Shown one piece after another: positions 13,113-27,147 of a stretch of DNA of 64,000 nucleotides. How positions within the stretch are numbered: the stretch's first letter is position 1; the number at the start of each line of letters is the position of its first letter. Source of the DNA: Macrostomum hystrix (Eukaryota; Animalia; Platyhelminthes); assembly GCA_950097015.1 (NCBI GenBank), contig CATNEN010000001.1:3410001-3474000 (forward strand), read 5' to 3'. The translations under genes were made by a program, and so were the position numbers. The notes under the pieces were generated by a model that did not search any database, was not told where the DNA came from, and saw only the letters and a program-made list of their open reading frames with translations.

Positions 13113-13562
13113 TCACTGATTAGCGTTTTCAGTCGGCTCGGACCATTTGTGATGCGTTACACCCGGCGCCAGGTGTACTATTCGAACGTGTACAGCCTGA
13201 TATTTCTCATTCTTTGGCGGTATTGTAATCTTTTTAAATTCGACCTCGTCTCCTGGCACTGGTACGTACTCTTCGTCAATATCGGAGATGTGAAAAAAGA
13301 TTGGTTCGGGTTTCGACGCCAAGTTGTTGTCAGTGTCTGGCATTATAAATCCGTGACCGCGTTGTCGACAGAATGAGGCAACTTGGCCATGCTGGAGTGG
13401 TTCTTTGTGAGCTCGTTCGACCATAGATCTAGTTCGATGTCTCTTCTGCGGTACAGGATATGGAACAGCAAATTCAGCAATGCCGCCATCTGGAGTTACC
13501 GGACTCCTAACAATGTTGTTCTTAGCTGTTGGTCCAGTTGGGATTTCGTTGTCATTTGACAT
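13113..13562 (-). CDS. CARHSP1: Calcium-regulated heat-stable protein 1 / CSDC2-type cold-shock domain protein, single coding exon
   Basis: PYPVPQKRHRTRSMVERA, G.V..FCRQRGHGFI.P, IFFHISDIDEEYVPVPGDEV.F...IPPKNEKYQAVHVRIVHLAPGVTHHKW. The ATG at 13562 is preceded by a CAG acceptor. Confidence 0.92.
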   Translation of the reverse strand: MSNDNEIPTGPTAKNNIVRSPVTPDGGIAEFAVPYPVPQKRHRTRSMVERAHKEPLQHGQVASFCRQRGHGFIMPDTDNNLASKPEPIFFHISDIDEEYVPVPGDEVEFKKITIPPKNEKYQAVHVRIVHLAPGVTHHKWSEPTENANQ

Positions 13563-16421
13563 GTTGCTGCAATACACAAAAGCATACTATTTATACTATA
13601 CATTCACTGAATAATAACCCCAGGTAAATATAACATGTGCATATTTACATTTAATATCAAACTAGCAGAAAAAATATAGTGGAATGCTGCTTTGTACAAT
13701 AGTTAAGGCTTAAAACACATCATGTAACAGTATTTTTTTCTTTTGATCTATCTAGTTGGAACGACACACCTTGATTCAAATCACACTATGTGTGATTATT
13801 ATAGCGAAAACTCATCTCAGAAAAATATTACCTGAAACACATTCTGCATCTACTGTAATTGTTAATTTAAGCTTTCTACTTTTTTCATCTGTCTGTTTTA
13901 ATGCAGCAGGCTATCCTTCCTTGTAATTTGTGTTTTAATAATAGCAATGTCAAATGTGCCTTTAGTAAGTTGCTCATTACATGGCTTTTGGAATAAAAAA
14001 GCCAGCTAGTGAAGTATAATAACATGGAAAATTATAAAAGGTCTTAAGCTGAGATATATGCAAGGTATGAAAATACTGAAAAAAAAGAATATCTTCTAAA
14101 AAATTGTAGCCTTGTACTATTAGACTGAAACAAATACTAAAATAGCATGCATTGATCACTAATGCTTAGCAGCTACATACTTTTTGTAAAATTTCATAGT
14201 TTTAGCCTAATTTTAAATAGGTCTTTACCTGGGCAACAAACAATAGTTGTAGACTACAATACTCTAGATCTTGTAGCTAGTTTGGTATGAATAATTGTGG
14301 ACAATTATGGATTTGTGGACACTTCACCATCCATATAATTTATAGCTTGGTTTTCACCATTTTTCTTGTCCTTAAAATTATTTTTTATTCTTTTTTTTGT
14401 TATCATTTTACTTGCACTTTTCATTTGCACTTCCTTTCTTCATTTCACATCTCTAATGTGGACCTGTTATTTTAACAAGTATTTTAAATTAAAAAAAATT
14501 AGTGAGTACTCATGTAGGCACTTTTTTCAACTACTAATAATTAAATCAGCTTTCAAGCCTCTGCCCTACTCACCCACTCTAACTTAATTCCATTTCAGCA
14601 CCTGCTCTCTAAATTTATCATTTTCCTAAAGTGCATCCACTTCAAATTTGATTTAAATTTATTACTGCAATGTACTTAGTAAATTGCATAGTAATTATAC
14701 TATAGGCTATAGGAGAATACAGAACTCTGCCTCACTTTATAATAGCTTGCTTTGGCCAGGGCTTAGGCCTAAGCTAGGTGAGCTTTGCAACTAAGTAGCT
14801 TTACACTACAGACCAATAAAAAAGTATTAGATGTGCGTGATAGGGCTATTTAGATTTTGATACTTGATAATAGAGTTTACCATATATATTCTTTACAGAA
14901 CTACAACTCAGTATCGCAAAAAACTTGGTCTTCCTTGCATTTCAACATTGAGCACATATGAGTAGTTACTGAAAGATGAAGGGTGACAATATCTTTTATA
15001 AAAAAAATTTTGGCAAAACCGTCTTTATAAAACCAAAATTTATTTTCCTAAGCCTCTCGCGTGTGCCTCACAGACAACTTACTACATATATCAAGACTAA
15101 AACATTTTATTTATTTACTTATTCCAATTCTGGGCCTATCTTAGAAATAAAATAATTTAAATGAATACGGATTATAATCTTAATTTATACTGCAAGAAAA
15201 AAAAAATATTTTTTACTTGTATTCTTTGAACTTCTATGCTTGCTGGTTTTAAAATTGAAAATTTTGATAAAACAGTTTGTTATAACTCATAACGAAAACC
15301 TTTTTTGCGAATTTAAAAATATTTTAGACTTCAAAGTCAATACACACACGAAAATCATCAGGTATTGATATATTATTATGAATCTATAAAATGAATAAAA
15401 TTAATGTCCCATTCGCTTTTGTATGCTTGTTTTCGTTTCTAAAGTTTTAAAAAATAAAATTAAGCTTTCTAGTATATTAACTGGACTGGTCCGTATTACG
15501 TGAAGCGCTTACGACAATGCAAAAATAAATATGTACCGAACTGCTCGTCCACTATTTATTTTAAGGATTTTAAGCATACTAAGTTCAGCTCGAACTTTTC
15601 TATTTTTCAAAGTACACACATAAGTGTATTTCATACAAATTCTCTATTTTTTCTTCTTGGTCAAATCTAAGTTACGAGTAGAAAGTGTAAAAATAGCATG
15701 TTGTCTATGGTCAAAGTTCTGTTATTTTAACTCTACTGAAACAGAAAATGGGAGAAAGTGTTTTCCTCAACAATTTCTGAATTTAAGGTACACGAGTCAC
15801 TTTATAAAAAGAAAGGCCTCATGACACGGTGTGAAATATTTGCAAATGTAAAGTCATTTCAGAAAACTTACAATCCGGTATTTAGCGCAATGTCTCTAAC
15901 TTCAAGTAAAAAAATATTTTTTACATAGAAAGTATAATATATAATATATTATTGTAGGAATTAGCCACGATGCACCAATATTCCTTTTATTTTTAAAGCC
16001 ATCAGGTAAGCTTGCTTTCAAATTTGAATGAATATTTATTTATTGGTTTAAATAACATGCGTCTAGCGGTGTACTTGAATGCATGGTGACAGTTAAGTAT
16101 GTTAACAAAGCTCAAATCTCCGGTATAATATTATACTAATATTAGATGGCAGGTCTACCTTCAGTTCTAGATTCTTATCGGTTTGGTTTGACAAAATCTG
16201 CAGAAATTCGTGCGCAAGCCGACTTTCATTCAGTTCCATAAGTTCAGGTCGCGTTATCTTATCAGCATGTGTCCACTTCCGTTGGGCTAGTATTTGACCC
16301 CGTCAGTATATTGTACTATACTATATCAGTATTACTTTTATTTTCGAGGTCTTTTCTGATACTAAATTAATATACAAGCATAAATAAAATTTTCCGTATC
16401 AAATTCATCTAGATTACACGT

Positions 16422-17288
16422 AATCTACCCAAGCTACCCAAGCTACCCAAGCTACCTAAGCTAACTAAGCTGCCCAAACTACCCAAGCTACCCAAGCTAC
16501 CGAAGCTACCCAAGCTACCGAAGCTACCCAAGCTACCGAAGCTACCCAAGCTACCGAAGCTACCCAAGCTACCGAAGCTAACTAAGCTGCCCAAGCTACC
16601 CAAGCTACCCAAGCTACCGAAGCTACCCAAGCTACCGAAGCTACCCAAGCTACCGAAGCTACCCAAGCTACCGAAGCTACCCAAGCTACCTAAGCTACCT
16701 AAGCTACCTAAGCTACCTAAGCTACCTAAGCTAACCAAGCTACCGAAGCTACCTAAGCTACCGAAGCTACCCAAGCTACCGAAGCTACCCAAGCTACCGA
16801 AGCTACCCAAGCTACCGAAGCTACCCAAGCTACCGAAGCTACCCAAGCTACCTAAGCTACCTAAGCTACCGAAGCTAACTAAGCTACCGAAGCTAACTAA
16901 GCTGCCCAAACTACCCAAGCTAACCAATCTACCGAAGCTACCCAAGCTACCCAAGCTACCCAAGCTACCGAGGCTACCCAAGCTACCGAAGCTACCCAAG
17001 CTACCGAAGCTACCCAAGCTACCCAAGTTACCTAAGCTACCGAAGCTACCCAAGCTACCCAAGCTACCTAAGCTACCTAAGCTACCCAAGCTACCTAAGC
17101 TACCTAAGCTACCGAAGCTAACTAAGCTACCGAAGCTACCGAAGCTAACTAAGCTACCTAAACTAAGCTACCCAAGTTACCTAAGCTAACTAAGCTACCC
17201 AAGCTACCCAGGCGACTCAAGCTATCCAAGCTACCCAAGCTACCTAAGCTGCCTAGGCTACCCAAGCTACCCTAGCTACCCAAGCTAG
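16422..17288. repeat. 9-bp minisatellite (aagctaccc/g/t)
   Basis: About 95 tandem copies. Confidence 0.97.
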
Positions 17289-17289
17289 A

Positions 17290-17860
17290 AGGAAATTGTA
17301 CCCTTGCGGTTAGAGCGTCGGACTCACGAGTTGAAGGATCGGTGGTTCAATTCCCGACTCCACTGGAACAATTTATGTCCTTTAAAAAGGCACTTAACTC
17401 TGTACTGTTATTAATTGGGTACCAGCATCAGTAATATCTGTCCTATTAGAGGCAGATAAACGTATGGTTCCCGTATCATTTCTCGCAGGTAAGAGACAGG
17501 ATTTTTCTACTAGCCGGACACACCCTAGTCCACGCATCAGATTCCCATTTCTTAAACCTATAAGCGTCTGATTTTTTGGGAAGAAAATAGCTGAAGGATT
17601 CTGCGCGGCACCTCGCAACCAAGGGAAGAAAATGAAAAAAGGGGAAGACGAGATCGAGGACAGAGGAAAGCGGGAAGCTTACAGTGCAGACACCAATCTG
17701 ACTTAAACTCCCTTCCCTACCCCAGATCCCAATGGCTGGTCTAAAACTGGAAATGCCCAACACACCCACACCACAAAGCAGGAAGGCGAGGAACCCTCAT
17801 AGCCTATGATCACCGCTGTGCAATACCAATGAGCCTTTAGGCTATTTAACCCCCCCTCAA
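17290..17860 (+). mobile_element. tRNA-derived SINE, family B (3' end approximate)
   Basis: Head 'gcggttagagcgtcggactcacgagttgaaggatcggtggttcaattcccgactcc' with a B box, followed by a 'gtcc..aaaaggcacttaac' core. A related reverse fragment lies at ~20060-20095. Confidence 0.6.
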
Positions 17861-18484
17861 CCCAGCAACCTCAATCTGACGACCTCCTCTTCCTCCATTT
17901 GTCCTGCTTGTTCTTCAACCAATCGTTTTTCGTCTCTACCCGAACCTTTCAGTCCACAATAGTTCAAAATAACAAAGTCTTCACTTTCGTGCCTTCCAAC
18001 TATTCAACTATTTTAGTTGCCGTGCAAGGTATTCACGGAGCTGCAGTTCCTCTCCCACTCGCCCCTGTCTCCCCTCTTCTTGGTGCATTTTTTCTTTCTG
18101 TATTCTGTCGCCCTGGCAACCTAGCAGAAGCGGTTCCTAATAACAATAGTGCAACTCAGCTTAGATGCAGACCTAGATTTTTTAATTAATCTGATTTTTC
18201 ATGCGAGCAAATCAAATTTTGCCCAATTTGAAGCTATACAAACCGTGTGTATAGGAAAACAGGTGTGTAAAGCCAGTTTATGAAAAGTGCGTTTAAAAGC
18301 AGAACTTCAACTAATTGTTAAGGGACAATATTGCACTCAAACAATCGTTCTCTAGGTAAGTTATTTTGTTGCCTAAATCTAGTCTCAATTTTTTTAACGC
18401 ATTTTAACCTACAGCTTTCATAGATTATGCTACATTGTTATGCTCGCTTTTATTCCACATTTATTGTTCCATTTAGCTCGTATG

Positions 18485-18905
18485 ATCCAGCTTCCATATT
18501 ATAACATCTAGCTTCCATGCTCTATCATCCAGCTTCCATGCTCTATCTTCTAGCTTCCATGCTCTATCTTCTAGCTTCCATGCTCTATCTTCTAGCTTCC
18601 ATGCTCTATCTTCTAGCTTCCATGCTCTATCATATTGCTTCCATGCTCTATCATCCAGCTTCCATGCTCTATCATCCAGCTTCCATGCTCTATCATCCAG
18701 CTTCCATGCTCTATCATCCAGCTTCCATGCTCTATCATCTTGCTTTCATGCTCTATCATCTAGCTTCCATGCTCTATCATCCAGCTTTCGTGCCTAATTT
18801 TTCAGCTTCCATGTTTTATCATCCAACTTTCATGCTTAATCTTCCAGCTTCAATTCTCTATCGTCGAGCTTCCATGCTCTATCATCCAGCTTCCATGTTT
18901 CCAGC
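18485..18905. repeat. 21-bp minisatellite (agcttccatgctctatcatcc)
   Basis: Tandem copies. Confidence 0.92.
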
Positions 18906-19667
18906 TTCTAACTTGCGTCTTCTGGCTTGTCTATATTGCAGTTTCAAAGTTTTCCGTTTTGTCAGACAGAATGTTATTCCTTACAATAGAAGTCTATGTT
19001 CTCAAGAATCTTACAATTTAAAATAATATACAGTCTGCCCTTTCCTTCTTTCCTCCTTGGTTAGATAGGGTTAGACCATAGAGCAAAGACAAATAGTACA
19101 CTCTAAGGATTTTAGTGCAGCAATAAAAGTACGTATGTACTTTAGCAGTGCTCATAGCCAGTCTTTAGTTTGCTAATACAGTATGTGAATTCAACGGTGT
19201 TTCCCGCTTGCCGAATGAAGTCAAGAGGGTTCTGCTTGCTTTGCTCAGCCCAGTGTGCGAGGGTTATGATTTAAACAAACTGAATAGATTTGAATTTTGT
19301 TTAGTTCAGTGTTAACATTCAAATTCAATTATTTGTTAAAATTCAAATAGTTTATCTTCGTAAATTTACCCTGATTACTTTCCAAACTGCTTCTGTGACA
19401 TTGTCGTGCGGCATTGTGTCTTAGGCATCTTAGCATGTTAGAAAATCCGTTAAACACAAAACTAAGCTGTTAGAAATTCCGTTAGACACATAATTTAACT
19501 GTTTAGCTGCACTGAAATATCTTTGTTGCTTTGAAAAAGTAAATTGTCATCAGAATACTGCAATTAGGCAGTGATATTTCCAGATTGCCATATTTGCATA
19601 GCCAATTTTAATAGAACATTTATCGTCTTCTAACAGAATTTCTAAACTTACATTTTTAAGAGCCACG

Positions 19668-19695
19668 ATGCAGTGGGGCTACAGTAATGAAAACG
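19668..19695 (+). CDS. Alpha-carbonic anhydrase exon 1 (MQWGYSNEN-G)
   Basis: WGY motif typical of the cytosolic CA N-terminus, followed by donor GTGAGT. Confidence 0.85.
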
Positions 19696-20692
19696 GTGAG
19701 TCACGTAATTGTCTATGGCGTTTTTATAATTAAGCAGTTTTACCTATAGCCAATCAAGCGATTGTTAGAGCTTAGAGCTTCGCTCTTTTCATCGACATAT
19801 ACTTCATTATAAGGCTTCAGCAACGTATTATGGTATAAACGATCACTCAGCGATAATGGCATGTCTATGGCACAAACTGCGCCAATCCGCCATGAGCCAG
19901 AAGCTGACAAAATTTGGACGCTTATATTTGTTTCTTTTAATTATCATTTAAAGTATTTTACCAACCGGTAAAAGCATTATAAGGCTTCAGGCCATAGACA
20001 AATCAACTCCCCCTATAACGCCGTTGCTTGTCGACCGACAGCCGCCAGATAGCGTTTTGCAGAGTCGGGAATTGAACCCCTAACCTCCAAGTCGTACAAT
20101 GTTCGCAGGTGCAATCGAATATAAAAGTCGCAGTGCCTAGTACATTGTAGCTAATTAAGTTGAGTGCTGAATTTCTGACTGCTCAACTGTCACCTAAGTT
20201 CCATTTTTAAAACCCTTCAACTTGCCTCACGTAGTAGTGAAAGTTTAAAGCAAGTTTAACTCAGTCAAAGTTCACCCCTCGCTGCCCTCTACACGCTGAA
20301 AAGTGCAATGTGAATGCAGATAGACCCTTCGCATTCTCAGATTCTTCCTTCTCTACCCACTCTCTCTCGCTTCTCTCTTCCTCTCAAACAGGAATTGCTG
20401 CACAGCTTTTCATTCTGTGGGATTTTATTCCCATGGCGGTTGGGGGAATTTGTTGGGAAAACAGAATGTGCTTCGGATACTGCACGGCCCATTTTTTGAG
20501 TTTAGAAAGAAAATTCAATGCTACCAATTTGAGTGTGCTGTGCTCATGTCTCTTCTCTGGTACCAGGGGTAACTTTAACTTTTGAATATCTCGGAAACGC
20601 ATAAGCATACACATTATTCTAATTTGGTTAAATACTAAATTTACTACTTCAAGTTTTACACAACATATCGGCCCCGACTCATCCGCTGGCAG

Positions 20693-20884
20693 GCCCGCAC
20701 ACGTGGAGTCGCGAGTATCCGGACGCAGCCGGAGCAGCTCAGTCGCCAATCAACATCGAGACAAATCGAGCAGTGTTCTCACCTGACCTCAAGCCGCTAA
20801 ATCTTCATCAACCGCCATTGTCGCATTGTTCATTGATCAATACTGGAGTTAGCTTTCAAGTCGCTGTGGACTATGAGGTGGCTC
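20693..20884 (+). CDS. Alpha-carbonic anhydrase exon 2
   Basis: GPHTWSREYPDAAGAAQSPINI...NTGVSFQV. CAG acceptor and GTAAGC donor. Confidence 0.92.
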
Positions 20885-20967
20885 GTAAGCCTTAATGTCA
20901 CTGTCTTCATGAAATGAAAGGAAGCCATTTATGTAACAAATTTTATTAGAAAAAAACTAAATCGCAA

Positions 20968-21183
20968 GATAGATAGATAGATAGGTAGATAGATAGATAG
21001 GTAGATAGATAGATAGATAGGTAGGTAGATAGATAGAAAGGTAGATTGATAGATAGATTGGTAGATTGATAGATATAAAGGTAGATTGATAGATAGATAG
21101 GTAGATTGATAGATAGATAGATAGATAGATAGATAGGTAGATTGATAGATAGATAGGTAGATTGATAGATATAAAGGTAGATT

Positions 21184-21220
<37 letters not shown>

Positions 21221-21310
21221 GTAGATAGATAGATAGATAGATAGGTAGGTAGATAGATAGATAGGTAGATTGATAGATAGATAGGTAGATTGACAGATAG
21301 GTAGATAGAT
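20968..21310. repeat. (GATA)n microsatellite
   Basis: Visible directly in the sequence. Confidence 0.97.
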
Positions 21311-21896
21311 TCCAAGCATGTGACACAGTCATACTATCGTGAATCTCGTTAAAGTTTGCACTTCTCATCCTGAAGACTTACAATAAGAAGATAGCCTGAA
21401 GTTTAGAATATTCTCAGTGTTGATTGCGTGCAGCATTGCTCAGTTGAACATGCTCAGGCCCCGCTACTGTTTGAAATCAAAGTACTGGGCGGGAAGAACT
21501 CTGGTGTGCTTTTGAGGCTGTTTTCTTTACCCCCAGAAAAAAATGAGAAAAAATATTGGACGAAGAAAGGCGCCTTGAAGGTGCGTGGGATGAAAAATTA
21601 CTGTGTGTCAGCATACATGGGCTGTAGGGTATAGTGAGTGCGAAAGGAGATGCTCCGTTACTGCCCAGCAACGCTCCGCACAGACAAGATGATAGCATCG
21701 ATTTCAGTGTGGCTGCTGCGAGAATGCGACAAGAAAGTGGCAGCAGAATGTTGGCTCAGAGTGGAAAACCATCGAGAAATTACACGGCACGCTCCTATTT
21801 CAGCAGCAAATCCATGCTCTGTTATTAAAGGGTCGCAATGAGACCCTTTGATCCTATTTCTAGTAGACCCTGACACGAGTATTGTAGATCCCGCAC

Positions 21897-22992
21897 TCTA
21901 TACTGCTACTCCAGTAGATCCTATATACTGCTACTCCAGTAGATCCTATATACTGCTACTCCAGTAGATCCTATATACTGCTACTCCAGTAGATCCTATA
22001 TACTGCTACTCCAGTAGATCCTATATACTGCTACTCCAGTAGATCCTATATACTGCTACTCCAGTAGATCCTATATACTGCTACTCCAGTAGATCCTATA
22101 TACTGCTACTCCAGTAGATCCTATATACTGCTACTCCAGTAGATCCTATATACTGCTACTCCAGTAGATCCTATATACTGCTACTCCAGTAGATCCTATA
22201 TACTGCTACTCCAGTAGATCCTATATACTGCTACTCCAGTAGATCCTATATACTGCTACTCCAGTAGATCCTATATACTGTTATTCCAGTAGATCCTATA
22301 TACTGCTATTCCAGTAGATCCTATATACTGCTATTCCAGTAGATCCTATATACTGTTATTCCAGTAGATCCTATATACTGCTATTCCAGTAGATCCTATA
22401 TACTGCTATTCCAGTAGATCCTATATACTGCTATTCCAGTAGATCCTATACTGCTATTCCAGTAGATCCTATATACTGCTATTCCAGTAGATCCTATATA
22501 CTGCTATTCCAGTAGATCCTATACTGCTATTCCAGTAGATCCTATATACTGCTATTCCAGTAGATCCTATATACTGCTATTCCAGTAGATCCTATACTGC
22601 TATTCCAGTAGATCCTATATACTGCTATTCCAGTAGATCCTATATACTGCTATTCCAGTAGATCCTATATACTGCTATTCCAGTAGATCCTATACTGCTA
22701 TTCCAGTAGATCCTATTTACTGCTATTCCAGTAGATCCTATATACTGCTATTCCAGTAGATCCTATATACTGCTATTCCAGTAGATCCTATACTGCTATT
22801 CCAGTAGATCCTATATACTGCTATTCCAGTAGATCCTATATACTGCTATTCCAGTAGATCCTATACTGCTATTCCAGTAGATCCTATTTACTGCTATTCC
22901 AGTAGATCCTATATACTGCTATTCCAGTAGATCCTATACTGCTATTCCAGTAGATCCTATATACTGCTATTCCAGTAGATCCTATATACTGT
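21897..22992. repeat. 25-bp minisatellite (tactgctactccagtagatcctata) with 23-bp variants
   Basis: About 44 copies, with a polar shift from ctact to ctatt variants along the array. Confidence 0.97.
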
Positions 22993-23454
22993 TTTTCATA
23001 AATCATATTGTTTTCTGGCTATTATCGCCTCCACATTAAATTAGGGATTTAGAATTAGCTATTAACATTGATTATGTGACGAATATCAGTCAGCCATTTT
23101 TATGACTATTGTTTTTATGTATGTCATTATTATTGCTAGATAAATGTTGAGCAGAGATTACTGATGCTAATTTTATGCTTCGTTGGCAAGCTTAATGCAG
23201 TGGAAAATGAAGTGTAGCTCTAACGGCAAGTATAGTTATTGCATTCAGTAGAAGTATTAATTTATTCAGTAAGATAGTGATAGTTCTGCAAGTTGATTAA
23301 GGTCAGCGGAGGCGCCTACAATACACGCGCCAGAGTCAACAAACTTTTAGCTGAGTCTGCGGACTCAAATATTTATTGCGTCTAAATTTCAGTACTCACT
23401 CATGGTTTTACGCAGTACTGTTAGAACTGTATGCTTGATTATGCTTCGTATGAA

Positions 23455-24597
23455 GGGAGTGGGAGAGATGGGGATAGGTGAGACGGGGATGGGAGAGATG
23501 GGGATGGGTGAGAAGGCGATGGGTCAGATGGTGATAGTTGAGGTGGGGATTGTAGAGATGGGGATGGGTGAGATGGGGATGGGTGAGAAGGGGATGGGTG
23601 AAATGGGGATAGATGAGAAGGGCAAGGGAGAGATAGGGATAGGTGAGAAGGGGATGGGTGAAGTGGGGATAGATGAGAAGGGTAAGGGAGAGATGGGGAT
23701 GGGTGAGATGGGGATGGGTGAGATGGGGATGGGTGAGAAGGCGATGGGTCAGATGGTGATAGTTGAGGTGGGGATTGTAGAGATGGGGATGGGTGAGATA
23801 AGGATAGGTGAGAAGGGGATGGGTGAAATGGGGATAGGTGAGATGGGGATAGGTGAGAAGGGGATGGGTGAAATGGGGATAGATGAGAAGGGCAAGGGAG
23901 AGATAGGGATAGGTGAGAAGGGGATGGGTGAAGTGGGGATAGATGAGAAGGGTAAGGGAGAGATGGGGATGGGTGAGATGGGGATGGGTGAGATGGGGAT
24001 AGGTGAGATGGGGATAGGTGAGAAGGGGATGGGTGAAATGGGGATAGATGAGAAGGGGAAGGGAGAGATGGGGATGGGTGAGATGGGGATAGGTGAGATG
24101 GGGATAGGTGAGATGGGGATGGGTGAAATGGGGATAGATGAGAAGGGGAAGTGAGAGAAGGGGAAGGGAGAGATGGGGATGGGTGAGATGGGGATGGGTG
24201 AGATGGGGATAGGTGAGATGGGGATAGGTGAGAAGGGGATGGGTGAAATGGGGATAGGTGAGAAGGGGATGGGTGAAATGGGGATAGATGAGAAGGGGAA
24301 GGGAGAGATGGGGATGGGTGAGAAGGGGATGGGTGAGATGGGGATAGGTGAGATGGGGATAGGTGAGAAGGGGATGGGTGAAATGGGGATAGGTGAGAAG
24401 GGGAAGGGAGAGATGGGGATGGGTGAGAAGGGGATAGGTGAGATGGGGATTGGTGAGATGGGGATGGGTGAGAAGGGGATGGGTGAGATGGGGATACGTG
24501 AGATGGGGATAGGTGATTAGGGGATGGGTGAAATGGGGATAGATGAGAAGGGGAAGGGAGAGATGGGGATGGATGAGATGGGGATGGATGAGATTGG
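23455..24597. repeat. 15-bp G-rich minisatellite (gagatggggatgggt)
   Basis: Tandem copies. Confidence 0.95.
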
Positions 24598-25109
24598 TAA
24601 GAGGAGTGGAGCTAGAAGTGCTGACACTTCCTCTCTCTCCTTATAATTTTTTATTATGCCGATTTAAGCAAAGGTAAGGATTAGAAAAGCTGTCCTTACG
24701 ATAATAATCATCATGATAATCTGATGCATTATTCCCAAAATTCGATAGGACAGGAAGTGAAGTTGAAATCAATAATTGACTCAGGGTTCATGTCTCATTT
24801 GAGAACACAGTCGTATTCTCAATGCAAAGCATAATCCAGTGACATTGGGATTATCTCGCCTCTATGCTAATCCTCTCATTTTGCCCTTGAATTCAGAAAA
24901 AAGGGGATTAATTAATCCTTGGTTGACAGACGTTTAAAATGAAATCTTATTGAACAGATGGACGGAACAGCGTCAGTCATTTGCACGTATTTTCAAATTT
25001 GACAGCTTTTTGTGCTGCAGGAAAATATAGTTCAAGTGTTTGCTGAAAATCATGGCCAGTCCTTCCTATCTTTATTATTTCTTTCCTAACCCCAGGAGCA
25101 ACACGTCCT

Positions 25110-25872
25110 ACGTCTCCTTTCTCCTTTCTCCCCTCTCTTTATCCCCTCTCTTTCTCCCACTCTCTGTCCCTTCACTCTCTGCTACTCCTTTCTACCCTCT
25201 CTTTTTCTCCACTTTCTTTTCCCCTCTCTTTCTCCCCTCTCTTTCTCCCCTCTCTTTCTTATTTCTCCCCTCTCATTCTTATTTATACCCACTCTTTCTT
25301 ATTTCTCCCCTCTCATTCTTATTTCTCCCCTCTCTTTCTTATTTCTCCCCTCTCTTTCTTATTTCTCCCCTCTCTTTCTTATTTCTCCCCTCTCTTTCTT
25401 ATTTCTCCCCTCTCTTTCTTATTTCTCCCCTCTCTTTCTTATTTCTCCCCTCTCTTTCTTATTTATACCCACTCTTTCTTATTTCTCCCCTCTCTTTCTT
25501 CCCTCTCTTTCTTATTTATACCCTCTCTTTCTTATTTATACCCACTCTTTCTTATTTCTCCCCTCTCTTTCTCCCCTCTCTTTCTTATTTATACCCTCTC
25601 TTTCTTATTTCTCCCCTCTCATTCTTATTTCTCCCCTCTCATTCTTATTTCTCCCCTCTCTTTCTTATTTATACCCACTCTTTCTTATTTCTCCCCTCTC
25701 TTTCTCCCGTCTCTTTCTCCCCTCTCTTTCTCCCATCTTTCTCCCCTCTCTTTCTTATTTCTCCCCTCTCTTTCTTATTTCTCCCCTCTCTTTCTTATTT
25801 ATACCCACTCTTTCTTATTTCTCCCCTCTCTTTCTTATTTATACCCACTCTTTCTTATTTATACCCTCTTTA
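25110..25872. repeat. 20-bp pyrimidine-rich minisatellite (atttctcccctctctttctt)
   Basis: Tandem copies. Confidence 0.93.
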
Positions 25873-26375
25873 TATTTTCAGTACTCATATTTCCATGCTA
25901 TCAGCATTTCTACACGTTCAAACAAGCCCACCCAGAAAAAGTATTTTTAGTACTTTCGACACTTCGAAAAGATCATTGAGCACACGAGCCGTATATCTCT
26001 GCACAGCCACTCAGTCACAAATCTCGCCTATCCTATCGTCTCAAATATCTAGGTATAAGTGCCGATGAAAGCAGCTAGCCACTACTAGAATAGGCACGAG
26101 GATAATCTCGATAGGAATGGCGGCAACGGAATTTAATTATCCCCAACCACACGATTCCACAGAGAAAACTCCTTTAAGAATCCTCTTCTCTATCAACTCA
26201 TATCAGCTCAAATATCTGTTGAGCCACGTCAAGAAACCCGAAGCGAAGATTAGGCTGCTCAAGAAATCTTCAAGCTGATTAATCCCATTTCTAAGTTTCC
26301 GTGCGAGGTCCACTCAGCTGCAGGCCAAGAGTAAAACTAAATTTTATCACTTCACTTTCGCTTCTGATAGTACTT

Positions 26376-26710
<335 letters not shown>

Positions 26711-27147
26711 AAAAATGCTCATAAAAAAGTAGAAGGGAGTGACGGAAAAATGTAGGGAGAGTGTCCAATTGATTTAGATTTCATTGTCGCAGAGACTGCT
26801 GCACAGAAATCGTTAGTCAGCGTCCCTACGGACCTCATAAGCAATCGATACTAAGCACAGCACTTGAAAAAAGTCAATCAGTCGTGATTGATCGATCCAC
26901 TTTTTTGCACGGCTACGACTTTTCTGAGATAAAGGGAATTCGATCGCAAAGTTATTCCCCTCATCCTTATTTAGAGATCTACTACAGACCGCTTCTCAAA
27001 ACATCTACTAGGGCTGAGAAATAATGCCTTTTTAAATAGTAATGGAAGAGTATAAAACAAACATACCAGTACTAGCATGCAAAAAACCTGAGTTCACTAC
27101 TTGGACAGCCTATGTCAGGTTTATAATGAGATATACTCGTAGACTTA

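Noticed and set aside
23402-24520. Collagen-like or Gly-Met-Glu repeat ORFs
   Set aside because: A 15-bp intronic minisatellite without Gly-X-Y periodicity.
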